A stretch of 64,000 nucleotides of DNA from an uncultured virus (IMG/VR IMGVR_UViG_3300030336_000001) (Duplodnaviria > Heunggongvirae > Uroviricota > Caudoviricetes), in IMG/VR virus record IMGVR_UViG_3300030336_000001; one strand, written 5' to 3'. Under the pieces are notes generated by a model. That model saw only the letters and a program-made list of their open reading frames with translations, was not told the origin of the DNA and did not search any database. Shown here piece after piece: positions 47,529 through 55,611 of this stretch. How positions within the stretch are numbered: the first letter of the stretch is position 1; each line of letters opens with the position of its first letter. The translations under genes and the position numbers were made by a program.

Positions 47529-48978
47529 CCCAAGGAACGTTACGATACTCCTGTTCGGTAGCTAAGTCTTGAACTGTCACAGTCCGGGTGCTAGGCTGCA
47601 CACCGATCACCTTTACCTCAGTTCTCTTGCCAGGCTTCTTAGACCGTGCGTTGATGGGTTTATAGTACCACACCTGATCCTCTTCAGGCATGAACTCATC
47701 CTCGCCACCCTCCTCTGCTGGTGCCTCATCGGTCTGATCCTCCACTTCTTCAGCAGGAGGCTCGCCACCCATGATCCATCCTTTCACCTGCTCCCAGCTT
47801 TCGGAGTTGAGAACGTCCGCCTCCGTGTACCCGGCATTGATGGCCAGGTTGGTGAGTTCCGCCTGAGCCTCGCCGTCCATACGGTTGCAACGCTCAACCA
47901 AACCATCCAGATCACCAAACTCATCGAACGGTTCCGGCTCTGGTGCCGGTCGTGCCATAGGCTTCTTGCCTGCCGGAGTAGGTGCTGGTCTGACGGCAGG
48001 CTTGGCCGGAGTAGGTGCCTTGGTTGGCGGAGCCTTTGCTGTCATCTTGGCAGGAGCGGCAGTTGGCTTAGCTGTCGGAGCAGTCGGTCTTGCCATCGGC
48101 TTACTAGCCGGAGCAGCAGGCTTCTCTGTGGCAGCCATAGGCTTACCCGCCGTGGGCTTCTGGGTAGAGGTAGCAGTAGCCTTCTGTGGTGCACCAACCG
48201 TAGGCTTGGCAGAGGATTTGGCCACCGGGTGCATACCCTGATACTGCCGTCCTTGCGTTGCGGGTGGTGCCACTCTCCCGTTCCCAGTGTTGTCAACCGT
48301 GTCGTTCACCTCCTGAGGTGTATAATCCTTTACCCATCCGTGCCACGAGTGTAGGGTCTTTGGTTCCCTACCGGCGAAGGGGTTAGCTTCCATGGCTGCC
48401 TCTTCGGTTGGCCATGCACCGGGGTTGCGAGATGGCTTGAGGTTGCCGGTCTTAGCATCTTCTGACCAGATACGCCACTTGCCGTCGTCGCTCTGTGCAA
48501 CCACCTCCTTATCCATCTTGTAGGTCCGGAACCTGAAGTAGATGGGGGGATCAGCGTTTTTGAGATCCTCACACACCTGCTCGAGATCCTCAAACTCCAG
48601 GGTACTGGTCTCCTGACCAAGCTGACGGAGAACGTTGTACACGAACCCCATGTGATCCTCAACAGTCTCCCTCGTACGACCTGGGGTATCATACAGAGGT
48701 TCCGTGATCGAGGTTAGCTGGCCCTCGGTACGGATGCCATTGAACTCCTTTGGTGTGTCAACACGACCACCGGCGTAGAAGTACCACTCACCCTCGTTCG
48801 GACCAGACTTGTACTTGTCAAACTTCATCTCCGTCAGCATGGCGACACCGCCATCAATTCCTGGAGGAAGCTCACCCATGAACCCGTACTTCGTCTCGGC
48901 ATCCTTGTGCTGCTCGTGTGCGGCAGCCAGACGGTCACGCATGCTGGACACGAAATCGGACTGGTGTTGCTTCGCCAT
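47500..48978 (-). CDS. Putative ssDNA-binding/recombination protein with Pro/Ala/Lys linker and acidic tail
   Basis: Follows the Sak4-like ATPase; globular N-domain, low-complexity linker, acidic C-terminus. Confidence 0.5.
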   Translation of the reverse strand: MAKQHQSDFVSSMRDRLAAAHEQHKDAETKYGFMGELPPGIDGGVAMLTEMKFDKYKSGPNEGEWYFYAGGRVDTPKEFNGIRTEGQLTSITEPLYDTPGRTRETVEDHMGFVYNVLRQLGQETSTLEFEDLEQVCEDLKNADPPIYFRFRTYKMDKEVVAQSDDGKWRIWSEDAKTGNLKPSRNPGAWPTEEAAMEANPFAGREPKTLHSWHGWVKDYTPQEVNDTVDNTGNGRVAPPATQGRQYQGMHPVAKSSAKPTVGAPQKATATSTQKPTAGKPMAATEKPAAPASKPMARPTAPTAKPTAAPAKMTAKAPPTKAPTPAKPAVRPAPTPAGKKPMARPAPEPEPFDEFGDLDGLVERCNRMDGEAQAELTNLAINAGYTEADVLNSESWEQVKGWIMGGEPPAEEVEDQTDEAPAEEGGEDEFMPEEDQVWYYKPINARSKKPGKRTEVKVIGVQPSTRTVTVQDLATEQEYRNVPWDDLLGDDSE

Positions 48979-49103
48979 TGTGTTAGCTCCTTTATGCTAG
49001 ATACTGTAGTGAACAATGTCCTCTGGCTCGCATTTGTTACTCCCCTAGAGGACGTAGGTGAGTTGTGTTTAGTCTCCGATGCAAGCCTGTCGGAGTTGTT
49101 GGT

Positions 49104-49199
49104 GGCACTGCCTAGACTGCAACGAGCAGTTTACCCTTCTAGAGCTTGTAGTCCTCGTAAGACCAAGCCGTACCAGAGGCAGGAGTGGTACACAGTGCC
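49104..49199 (-). other. Four-way-junction RNA structure in the leader of the SSB-like gene
   Basis: Closing stem GGCACTG/CAGTGCC enclosing three hairpins. Confidence 0.5.
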
Positions 49200-49202
49200 G
49201 TG

Positions 49203-50051
49203 TTACCCGTTGATCAACGCCATGATCTTCTCATAGCTGGGGTCAACAATTTCTGGAGGAAGTTCTTTGAACCTCGGTGCTCTGAACTTTGTAATATACA
49301 CCTCTGGGCACTGAATCCGCAAGCAGTGTTCCTTTTTTCCTGTGCGAATTCTGCTTTTACCAGCCGGTCCCTTGCTCGGGCGCTCAACCACTTCCTCTCT
49401 GACGAACATCTCGCAGATGTAATCTGCTGCCTGGTTCAGCCATCCCGCAACCGACGGAGTGAGTGCTGGTCCAATATATGGCACGCCAACCGGGGTGTCA
49501 TCTTCTTTGAAACTACGCTCCTGTGCAACAACAACCACGTTACAGGTGTGGTCGAACAGTGGCCGCATCAGCTCTTTGCACTTTACACCTAGTTGACCGT
49601 ACTGTTCTCGTGTCATCAAGCCCCAACTCTTCTGAACCGGCACCCGATCCAACCCCAGTATCTCCTTGATCAGCAGGTCTTGTAAGCCCGTTGCGTGGTC
49701 GACCACGACAGTCCTGTAGTTATGAATACCCTCCAGAAGCATTGGTATCTGGGCACTGTCAACTATAACCTTCGGTTCGATCACCTCCCTCAACTCCGGT
49801 GTGTCGATGCTCCTCAACTCGCCCGGTCTGGCACCACCGGAGATAACCAGTGCCAGTATGGGCTTCTCGAATGTCGCCCAGAGGGTAGTTTTGCCACTCC
49901 CTGGAGAGCCGTACAGCACCATCTTGACGCCCTCATCCTCTGACGGCCAACCGGACAAAGCCTCCTGCACTACCCTCGGTGGCTGGGCCACCCTACCAGT
50001 ACCCGTCCTGGCTACTGGCCTTGGTGTCTGCTTGGATATGCTAGGTGGCAT
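49203..50051 (-). CDS. AAA_24/Sak4-like ATPase (recombinase)
   Basis: LYGSPGSGKTT, VVVDHAT and VVVAQE motifs. Confidence 0.75.
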   Translation of the reverse strand: MPPSISKQTPRPVARTGTGRVAQPPRVVQEALSGWPSEDEGVKMVLYGSPGSGKTTLWATFEKPILALVISGGARPGELRSIDTPELREVIEPKVIVDSAQIPMLLEGIHNYRTVVVDHATGLQDLLIKEILGLDRVPVQKSWGLMTREQYGQLGVKCKELMRPLFDHTCNVVVVAQERSFKEDDTPVGVPYIGPALTPSVAGWLNQAADYICEMFVREEVVERPSKGPAGKSRIRTGKKEHCLRIQCPEVYITKFRAPRFKELPPEIVDPSYEKIMALING

Positions 50052-50065
50052 ACGCCCTCCTATTG

Positions 50066-51292
50066 TTAGGTACTAAGTTCCGGGAACAGATTGTCGGTTC
50101 GCTCCAGCCCAGCCTCACTGCCGCTGTGCAGGTACTCATCCAACTCGGAAGAGCCACCCTCATCCAGTACGTTGTACACTCCGAACGGGTGCCGCCAGTG
50201 GGCACCCCTACCACCGGCATTCATCCAGCAGTCCTCGGTTTCCTGGAGCCACCCCCACCAGTCGCACAGGCTCTCCAGTATGGGGTCTAGGCACTCCTTG
50301 GTGAACCGTCTTACATCGGCAGGGCTAATCTCAACCCGCCACCGCATGAAGAAGTTGTCCGGCTCTTCCATTATAACAGAGGCGAGTCGAGAGTAAAACT
50401 CGTCCTGAGTTTCTGGCGGCTTCCCGCCGATCCGCCCATCCCCACCACACTTTACGCACCTGGCACCGCTGGGCATCTTACCTTCACCCTTGCACTTCCC
50501 GCACTTAGCCCCGGCAGTACCCTTGCCCCTGACTATACTACCTTTCCCTCCAGAGAGTGGCCTCCGGACCACGTTGTAACGTACACCACCGATTAGATAC
50601 TCTCTACCGTCGGCGTGTCTGTAGTGACCCAGTCGTGCCAGGTCAGGACTCGGATTGTTGTATAGGGCGGTCATGTACATCATGGTCTGCAAGTCGAAGT
50701 GCAGTTGCTTCTTAAGTGCCTCCGGTTGCACGTCACCCTTCGTCTTGTTCTCCTGGATGTACACGGCTGCGTTCCTGCCCTTACCAATCAGGTCAACGCT
50801 GTCCCACTTACCCCGGAGAGTAACGATCTTACCTGATGGCAACTGGTATGGAACCCCGAAGGACTCTTCCTGGAGGAGAGGGGTACGCTGTAGTACATCT
50901 GGGTGTTCTGACCAGTAGTACAGATATAGTGGGAACTGTGTAGAACACACGTTCATCCAGTGTTCAATGTTATCCTGGTCGGTGGGGTACTTCCTCATCA
51001 ACTGGCCACAGTAGTCTGCTAGATAGCCCTGCCACTCATAGCCCTGTGCCCACATCTCCTCACATATGTGCCACATCTGACCATACTCGATACGATGGTT
51101 GAACCCTGACGCTGGCTTCAGACCCTCTACAACCAGTAACCTGAACCTCTCACGACACACGATGAATCTGCTGAGCAGGGAGAAGGTGATGCCGTCAACC
51201 TCCGGTCCCTTCCACACCGGGCCTGACCGAGCCTTTGGCCTGACCCTGTCAGCAGAGCCTATGCTACTCTTCAGCTTCTTAACAAAGTCCAT
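50066..51292 (-). CDS. PD-(D/E)XK exonuclease with DnaJ-type zinc-finger insert
   Basis: ITFSLL..CRERF, GKWD..ENKT and QTMMY motifs; CGKCKGEG..CVKCGGDG. Confidence 0.75.
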   Translation of the reverse strand: MDFVKKLKSSIGSADRVRPKARSGPVWKGPEVDGITFSLLSRFIVCRERFRLLVVEGLKPASGFNHRIEYGQMWHICEEMWAQGYEWQGYLADYCGQLMRKYPTDQDNIEHWMNVCSTQFPLYLYYWSEHPDVLQRTPLLQEESFGVPYQLPSGKIVTLRGKWDSVDLIGKGRNAAVYIQENKTKGDVQPEALKKQLHFDLQTMMYMTALYNNPSPDLARLGHYRHADGREYLIGGVRYNVVRRPLSGGKGSIVRGKGTAGAKCGKCKGEGKMPSGARCVKCGGDGRIGGKPPETQDEFYSRLASVIMEEPDNFFMRWRVEISPADVRRFTKECLDPILESLCDWWGWLQETEDCWMNAGGRGAHWRHPFGVYNVLDEGGSSELDEYLHSGSEAGLERTDNLFPELST

Positions 51293-51561
51293 TACGCCTC
51301 CATTATATCATTGAGACAATCTTTGCAGATAGGACACAGCTTAACCACCACCCCGTGGTTCTCCTTGGTAATCAACTCGCTACAGATAGTACAGCCGGTC
51401 TGACCTTTGGCTCTCTCACCCTTCCTGATGGTAGCCTGTTCCGGTGCGTCGATAGAGATGCTAACACCGTTGCGGTACAGGTCTTCAACCCTGATCACCA
51501 CCTTCTCTTTACCCTCACCGATCACGATTGCCTGGCCAATCTCTCTCGTCAGTATCAGCAT
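51292..51561 (-). CDS. csrA: CsrA/RsmA-like protein with C-terminal zinc ribbon
   Basis: MLILTREIGQAIVIG..VSISIDAP...IRKGE matches the CsrA consensus; then CTIC..CPIC. Confidence 0.7.
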   Translation of the reverse strand: MLILTREIGQAIVIGEGKEKVVIRVEDLYRNGVSISIDAPEQATIRKGERAKGQTGCTICSELITKENHGVVVKLCPICKDCLNDIMEA

Positions 51562-51564
51562 ACG

Positions 51565-52212
51565 TTACCCTCCTAAGATATGGTCCTCGATTGCGTTGCA
51601 GATGACCACCACGCAATTCTGTATGACGTACCCACGCTGGGCTATGTTAACTCCAGACTTCAACAAGGAGCCTGGGTGGATGATGTCAACAACGTGGATG
51701 TGCTTCGGTAGTTTGACGCTGTGCTTATAGCCCTGGTGCATATAGTCTCTGGCTACCGCTCCTACTGCTACTATCAGCTTGGGCTGACAGATGTCTATGA
51801 ACTCTGACAGTCGCTCCTTGCAGCAACCGATCTGGTCGGGGCACGGCTCGGATACCTTACCCCTCCTACCTGTATCGGGGTCAACCTCCTTTGGTATGCA
51901 GCAGACTAGGTTGGTCATGGCGTAGGGTATCTCTGGAACCATTTGGTCGATACCCGTGTCATGATCTTTTACTCGGCAATGGGGTATCGCCTGGTAGATC
52001 ATATAATCCAGTAGTTTACCAGCCGGACCCACGAACGGCCTGCCCGCACCATCCTCGCTTTCGCCCGGTGCCTCACCTATGAACAGCAGGTCCGCCGGTA
52101 TCGTACCCCTTGCGAACACTAGCTTCCGTGCCCTGTCACAGTAATCAGAGCCGCATCCACCGGCCCACTTCTTCTTGTGCAACTCATACGGTGTCAGGTT
52201 TATGGGTGGCAC
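51565..52212 (-). CDS. Uracil-DNA glycosylase, family 4-like
   Basis: IGEAPGESED..GRPFVGPAGKLL, TNLVCC and HP motifs. Confidence 0.85.
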   Translation of the reverse strand: MPPINLTPYELHKKKWAGGCGSDYCDRARKLVFARGTIPADLLFIGEAPGESEDGAGRPFVGPAGKLLDYMIYQAIPHCRVKDHDTGIDQMVPEIPYAMTNLVCCIPKEVDPDTGRRGKVSEPCPDQIGCCKERLSEFIDICQPKLIVAVGAVARDYMHQGYKHSVKLPKHIHVVDIIHPGSLLKSGVNIAQRGYVIQNCVVVICNAIEDHILGG

Positions 52213-52695
52213 TCACTCCTCCTTTCCGTTGTTGACTCTAAGACAATACTCAAGGAGCAACAAAGCGTCTGATGTAGCCAGGGTCACCCTCTCGTCAGGC
52301 CACAACTCCTGTGCCTTGGCTTTCAGCCTGCCCTTGAACACAGACTTAGACTCGGTCTTCTTCTTGGTCGGTAGACCCAGTGCCTTCTGCCACTTCATCG
52401 GTGACACGGTCTCAAACCTAGCACGACTGGCCACTAACGCCATCCTGATAGAGCCATAGTTCATGCCTAGCTTGAACGCCGAGATGCTACCGTTTAGCGG
52501 CATGGCGTGGACCAACTCGACAACCGCCACTATCTGACTACCAGGGTATGCGTTGATTACCTCTAGTAAGTCACGCTCGGTCTGGGGCATGGGTACCGAA
52601 GTCAGGATACCTTCGTGTAGCATGGCTATGCCGCCACTTAATCCCGGATCAATACCCATCCATACCTTGGATCTGCCTACTATCTTAGGCATCAT
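52213..52695 (-). CDS. ruvC: RuvC-like Holliday junction resolvase
   Basis: GIDPGLSGG, VVE, VSPMKWQK and SDALL motifs. Confidence 0.75.
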   Translation of the reverse strand: MMPKIVGRSKVWMGIDPGLSGGIAMLHEGILTSVPMPQTERDLLEVINAYPGSQIVAVVELVHAMPLNGSISAFKLGMNYGSIRMALVASRARFETVSPMKWQKALGLPTKKKTESKSVFKGRLKAKAQELWPDERVTLATSDALLLLEYCLRVNNGKEE

Positions 52696-52741
52696 TTCCT
52701 CCTCTTATTGAGAGTGCTATCGCTTCCTCCTTCAGAGAGCG

Positions 52742-53047
52742 CTATCGCTTCCTTTTCCCTAGTACGGTTACGGTTACCGACTCGTCCTCGTTGACGACCA
52801 CTCTAACCTCCATGGCGTACCTTCTTGCAGAGGCGTTGTTACGTATCTGCTGTGCCATCGTATAGCCACGACCGTTGAAGTCGCGACCTGGATAGATGGT
52901 GAAGGGTTCTGTGGTTGCAAACCATTCCTTCCAGGGATACCTCCTGGTATGAAGGTTGTTCTTCTTCGGCCTGCCACTGTGCACGGCCACGTCAACCTCC
53001 TTTCTATCACAACAACAAGCCCCACCCGCCGTGTCCTTGTTGAGCAC
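52742..53047 (-). CDS. Hypothetical small DNA-binding protein
   Basis: GRPK..YPWKEW motif; basic. Confidence 0.45.
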   Translation of the reverse strand: MLNKDTAGGACCCDRKEVDVAVHSGRPKKNNLHTRRYPWKEWFATTEPFTIYPGRDFNGRGYTMAQQIRNNASARRYAMEVRVVVNEDESVTVTVLGKRKR

Positions 53048-53070
53048 GGTAGGTGGGGCGGGATCAACTC

Positions 53071-54540
53071 TTACGTGGCGACTCGAACGGGCTTCTTCTT
53101 ACCTGGCTTAGACTCTGGTTCAGGTGTGGGTTCCGGTTCGGGTACCAGATCAAATCCTTGATCCGGTTCAAGGTTGGGTTCAGCCTTCCTGGCCTTACGC
53201 TTGTCACGGTTCTCCTCTCTACGCTTGATCTCCTGTTCCTTGGCAGCCTCGATCTCCTTCTTGGTTGGCTGACCCTTAGCAGGAGGCGGCTCGTCCCCGT
53301 CACCCTGGTCCTTTGGATCGCCAAGGTCGATGCCACCCAGGTCCGGGCACTCAGCGATGGTACTGATCTGGGTCTCTGGGTCAGTGTCGTACTTGGGCTT
53401 AACAGAGCCGTCGGTCATCTTCTGGTTACTGGCGAACAGTCTCCACGCCTTCACCAGGATAGCCAGCTTCTCACTGTTAGTGGACACCAACTTGAGCAGC
53501 TTCCTCGCTACGTTCAACACGCCATCACCCTTGCCGAACGCGGCCCAAAATTCAACGGCTTTGTCCCACATAGAGAAGTCAATCAACTCCTCCTTCGCCT
53601 CACCACCTCTGACGGCTGCCAGGTAGACACCCTCACCGGTCTGACTTGCTGCCATCATATACATCATACCGGCGGCGAATCCCAGGTTGATATACTCTTT
53701 GATGGAGTTGTCACTGTTCTCATCATAGACGTGACTGACGCAACGCATGAGCCTGGGGTGCTTCTCCAGGAAGTTCAACACCTCGTCGTGTGTACGTCTC
53801 GGGGAGAACGAATGCTCTCCGTTGCCGGTCCGGTGCCACAACAATCGGATAGCCATGTCGGTGATCTTCGCGGCAGCCTTGCGATCCTCTGGCTTCTTGT
53901 TGCGGAAGTACTCTGAGCGGAAGATCACGTCGCTGATGGAACGCGCCTTGCAGGTGTCCATCGTGTTGACCACCCTATCGGTCTCGCTCAACCCGTAGAC
54001 GATCAGCTTGTCTATCACACAGGGCTGACCATCCCACAACTCCATCCACCGTGCGTGCTTCTGCCGCAACTGGTCTGCCACGATCAGGGCAGGTAGGGTG
54101 TGCTGCCCGTTGAGAACCAGTGCCGTCTTGCCGATCAGGATAGGCTCGCCGTTCACGGTCTCTCTGTCACCGTTGGGTGAACCATCTTCGTGCATGCCGT
54201 TAGGTCCAGCCCACCGTCTGTTCAAGATGGTCTGCGTAAGGTTACTAAAGTTGCTCTGGTAGAACGGCCTGTTGTTGATGTTGTTCAGACACCACACCGG
54301 CTTGTTGTCGGCGTCCTTGAACAACGGGTCTAACCACTTGATACCGTACTGGTCCTTGAATTTCTTAACCTCATCTTCATCCCAGGTTGCCCCGAGTAGG
54401 AAGATAGCATGTTCGACGGTGACTGGGGTAGCACCCCACGCCTCTTCGATAGCAACCTCCGGGTACTTAACCGGACGCTCTACTGCCTGGTCAACCAGTT
54501 TGCCGGACGCCTTAGTCTTCTTGGGGGTTTTCGTAGCCAT
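53071..54540 (-). CDS. ParB-like N-domain protein
   Basis: NNRP, NGEPI..LNGQHTL and TMDTCKARS motifs. Confidence 0.55.
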   Translation of the reverse strand: MATKTPKKTKASGKLVDQAVERPVKYPEVAIEEAWGATPVTVEHAIFLLGATWDEDEVKKFKDQYGIKWLDPLFKDADNKPVWCLNNINNRPFYQSNFSNLTQTILNRRWAGPNGMHEDGSPNGDRETVNGEPILIGKTALVLNGQHTLPALIVADQLRQKHARWMELWDGQPCVIDKLIVYGLSETDRVVNTMDTCKARSISDVIFRSEYFRNKKPEDRKAAAKITDMAIRLLWHRTGNGEHSFSPRRTHDEVLNFLEKHPRLMRCVSHVYDENSDNSIKEYINLGFAAGMMYMMAASQTGEGVYLAAVRGGEAKEELIDFSMWDKAVEFWAAFGKGDGVLNVARKLLKLVSTNSEKLAILVKAWRLFASNQKMTDGSVKPKYDTDPETQISTIAECPDLGGIDLGDPKDQGDGDEPPPAKGQPTKKEIEAAKEQEIKRREENRDKRKARKAEPNLEPDQGFDLVPEPEPTPEPESKPGKKKPVRVAT

Positions 54541-54568
54541 TGTTATAGCTCCTTGTCGTTGGAGGGAT

Positions 54569-54877
54569 TCACTTAGCCGTCGGGCGTCCGACGGTCGTTG
54601 TCTTACGAATCAGCCGTTGCTCGTTGCCGTCCGTCGCTTCAATAGGAACAGCCTCTTGCTGAACCTGCTTTAACTGCATCCTCCTGAATCGGCACAATTC
54701 CACTAAGGTAACTGATTGCAGGTCTTCATCACACAACCTACATACAGGTATCTCCCTAGATATCTCCTGTCTGGTTTCGTTGTGCTTCAGCCCCGGCACA
54801 CTGCGGTATACCCTATGTACCCTCATCGTGTTATTATGTGGAACCCATACGCCGCACACCCTACATCTGTAACTCAC
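54569..54877 (-). CDS. Zinc-binding hypothetical protein
   Basis: CRVC..CRLC; downstream of a promoter. Confidence 0.45.
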   Translation of the reverse strand: MSYRCRVCGVWVPHNNTMRVHRVYRSVPGLKHNETRQEISREIPVCRLCDEDLQSVTLVELCRFRRMQLKQVQQEAVPIEATDGNEQRLIRKTTTVGRPTAK

Positions 54878-54926
54878 CGCTCATCATCTCCTTGTCGTTC
54901 GGGTTATAGGCGAAACTCTGCCGCCT

Positions 54927-54955
54927 ATTATAAACACTGGTTTAACCAGATTCAA
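54927..54955 (-). promoter_or_regulatory. Sigma70-type promoter with palindromic spacer
   Basis: TTGAAT-N17-TATAAT; CTGGTTTAACCAG at 54937-54949. Confidence 0.7.
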
Positions 54956-54964
54956 CTGCAAAAT

Positions 54965-55007
54965 TTTTAGCCGCACAAATTTTGTTCAGAAATTCATGCG
55001 GCTAAAA
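54965..55007. terminator. Inverted repeat with T/A tails (putative terminator)
   Basis: TTTTAGCCGCA..TGCGGCTAAAA. Confidence 0.5.
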
Positions 55008-55015
55008 GGTTTACG

Positions 55016-55303
55016 TCAACTTTGGTTTTCAGACGGTAGTAATACCGTTTCAATTCTCAGGTTCACTATACGCTCGCTAGGGTGGCAGCCATACCCCATT
55101 ATGAAACTCTCTGGAGAGGTAGTGTAGTACAGGCTAATGAACTCCTCTGCTTGGTATCGGCTATCGAATACGTGGCTTGGCCGAGGATACAGCCAATGGA
55201 ACGTAAACCTCCACCATGATTCCCTTTCTCTCCAGAAGAACACCTCATACAGTATGCGGTTTGGGTCTCTCATGTCTATAAGGTCAGCCACTACCAGGAA
55301 CAT
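55016..55303 (-). CDS. Hypothetical protein
   Basis: GGAGG SD. Confidence 0.45.
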   Translation of the reverse strand: MFLVVADLIDMRDPNRILYEVFFWRERESWWRFTFHWLYPRPSHVFDSRYQAEEFISLYYTTSPESFIMGYGCHPSERIVNLRIETVLLPSENQS

Positions 55304-55312
55304 AGTAGCCTC

Positions 55313-55609
55313 CTAGTAACCAGGGAACACCAGTACCGACACGAACTGTGGTATCTCTTCTGGAGGGAAGGTGTGGATGCTATACTCCATGATCTGCCCG
55401 TTGCGTACTATGTATTGCGGTATCTCAACCCAGGGGCCACGCCCCCTTCTTATCTCACTGGCTTGCTCGTCGTACTTCGCCTTGTCGAAGAACTCCAGCA
55501 TGTGTTCTTCTAGTGGGCATATGTCTGAACACTGTAGGAATACGCAGCCGATGATCGTTCCCTTCGGCAGCTTCTGCAGATACACAATCAAGTCTTCTGC
55601 TGTCATCAT
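55313..55609 (-). CDS. Hypothetical protein (paralogue of 58735..59019)
   Basis: Shared RNG.IMEY...E.PQF...L.FPG motif. Confidence 0.6.
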   Translation of the reverse strand: MMTAEDLIVYLQKLPKGTIIGCVFLQCSDICPLEEHMLEFFDKAKYDEQASEIRRGRGPWVEIPQYIVRNGQIMEYSIHTFPPEEIPQFVSVLVFPGY

Positions 55610-55611
55610 GG

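Noticed and set aside
50066..51292. CRISPR-Cas (Cas4) locus
   Set aside because: The nuclease sits in a Sak4/SSB recombination module; no repeat-spacer array or other cas genes
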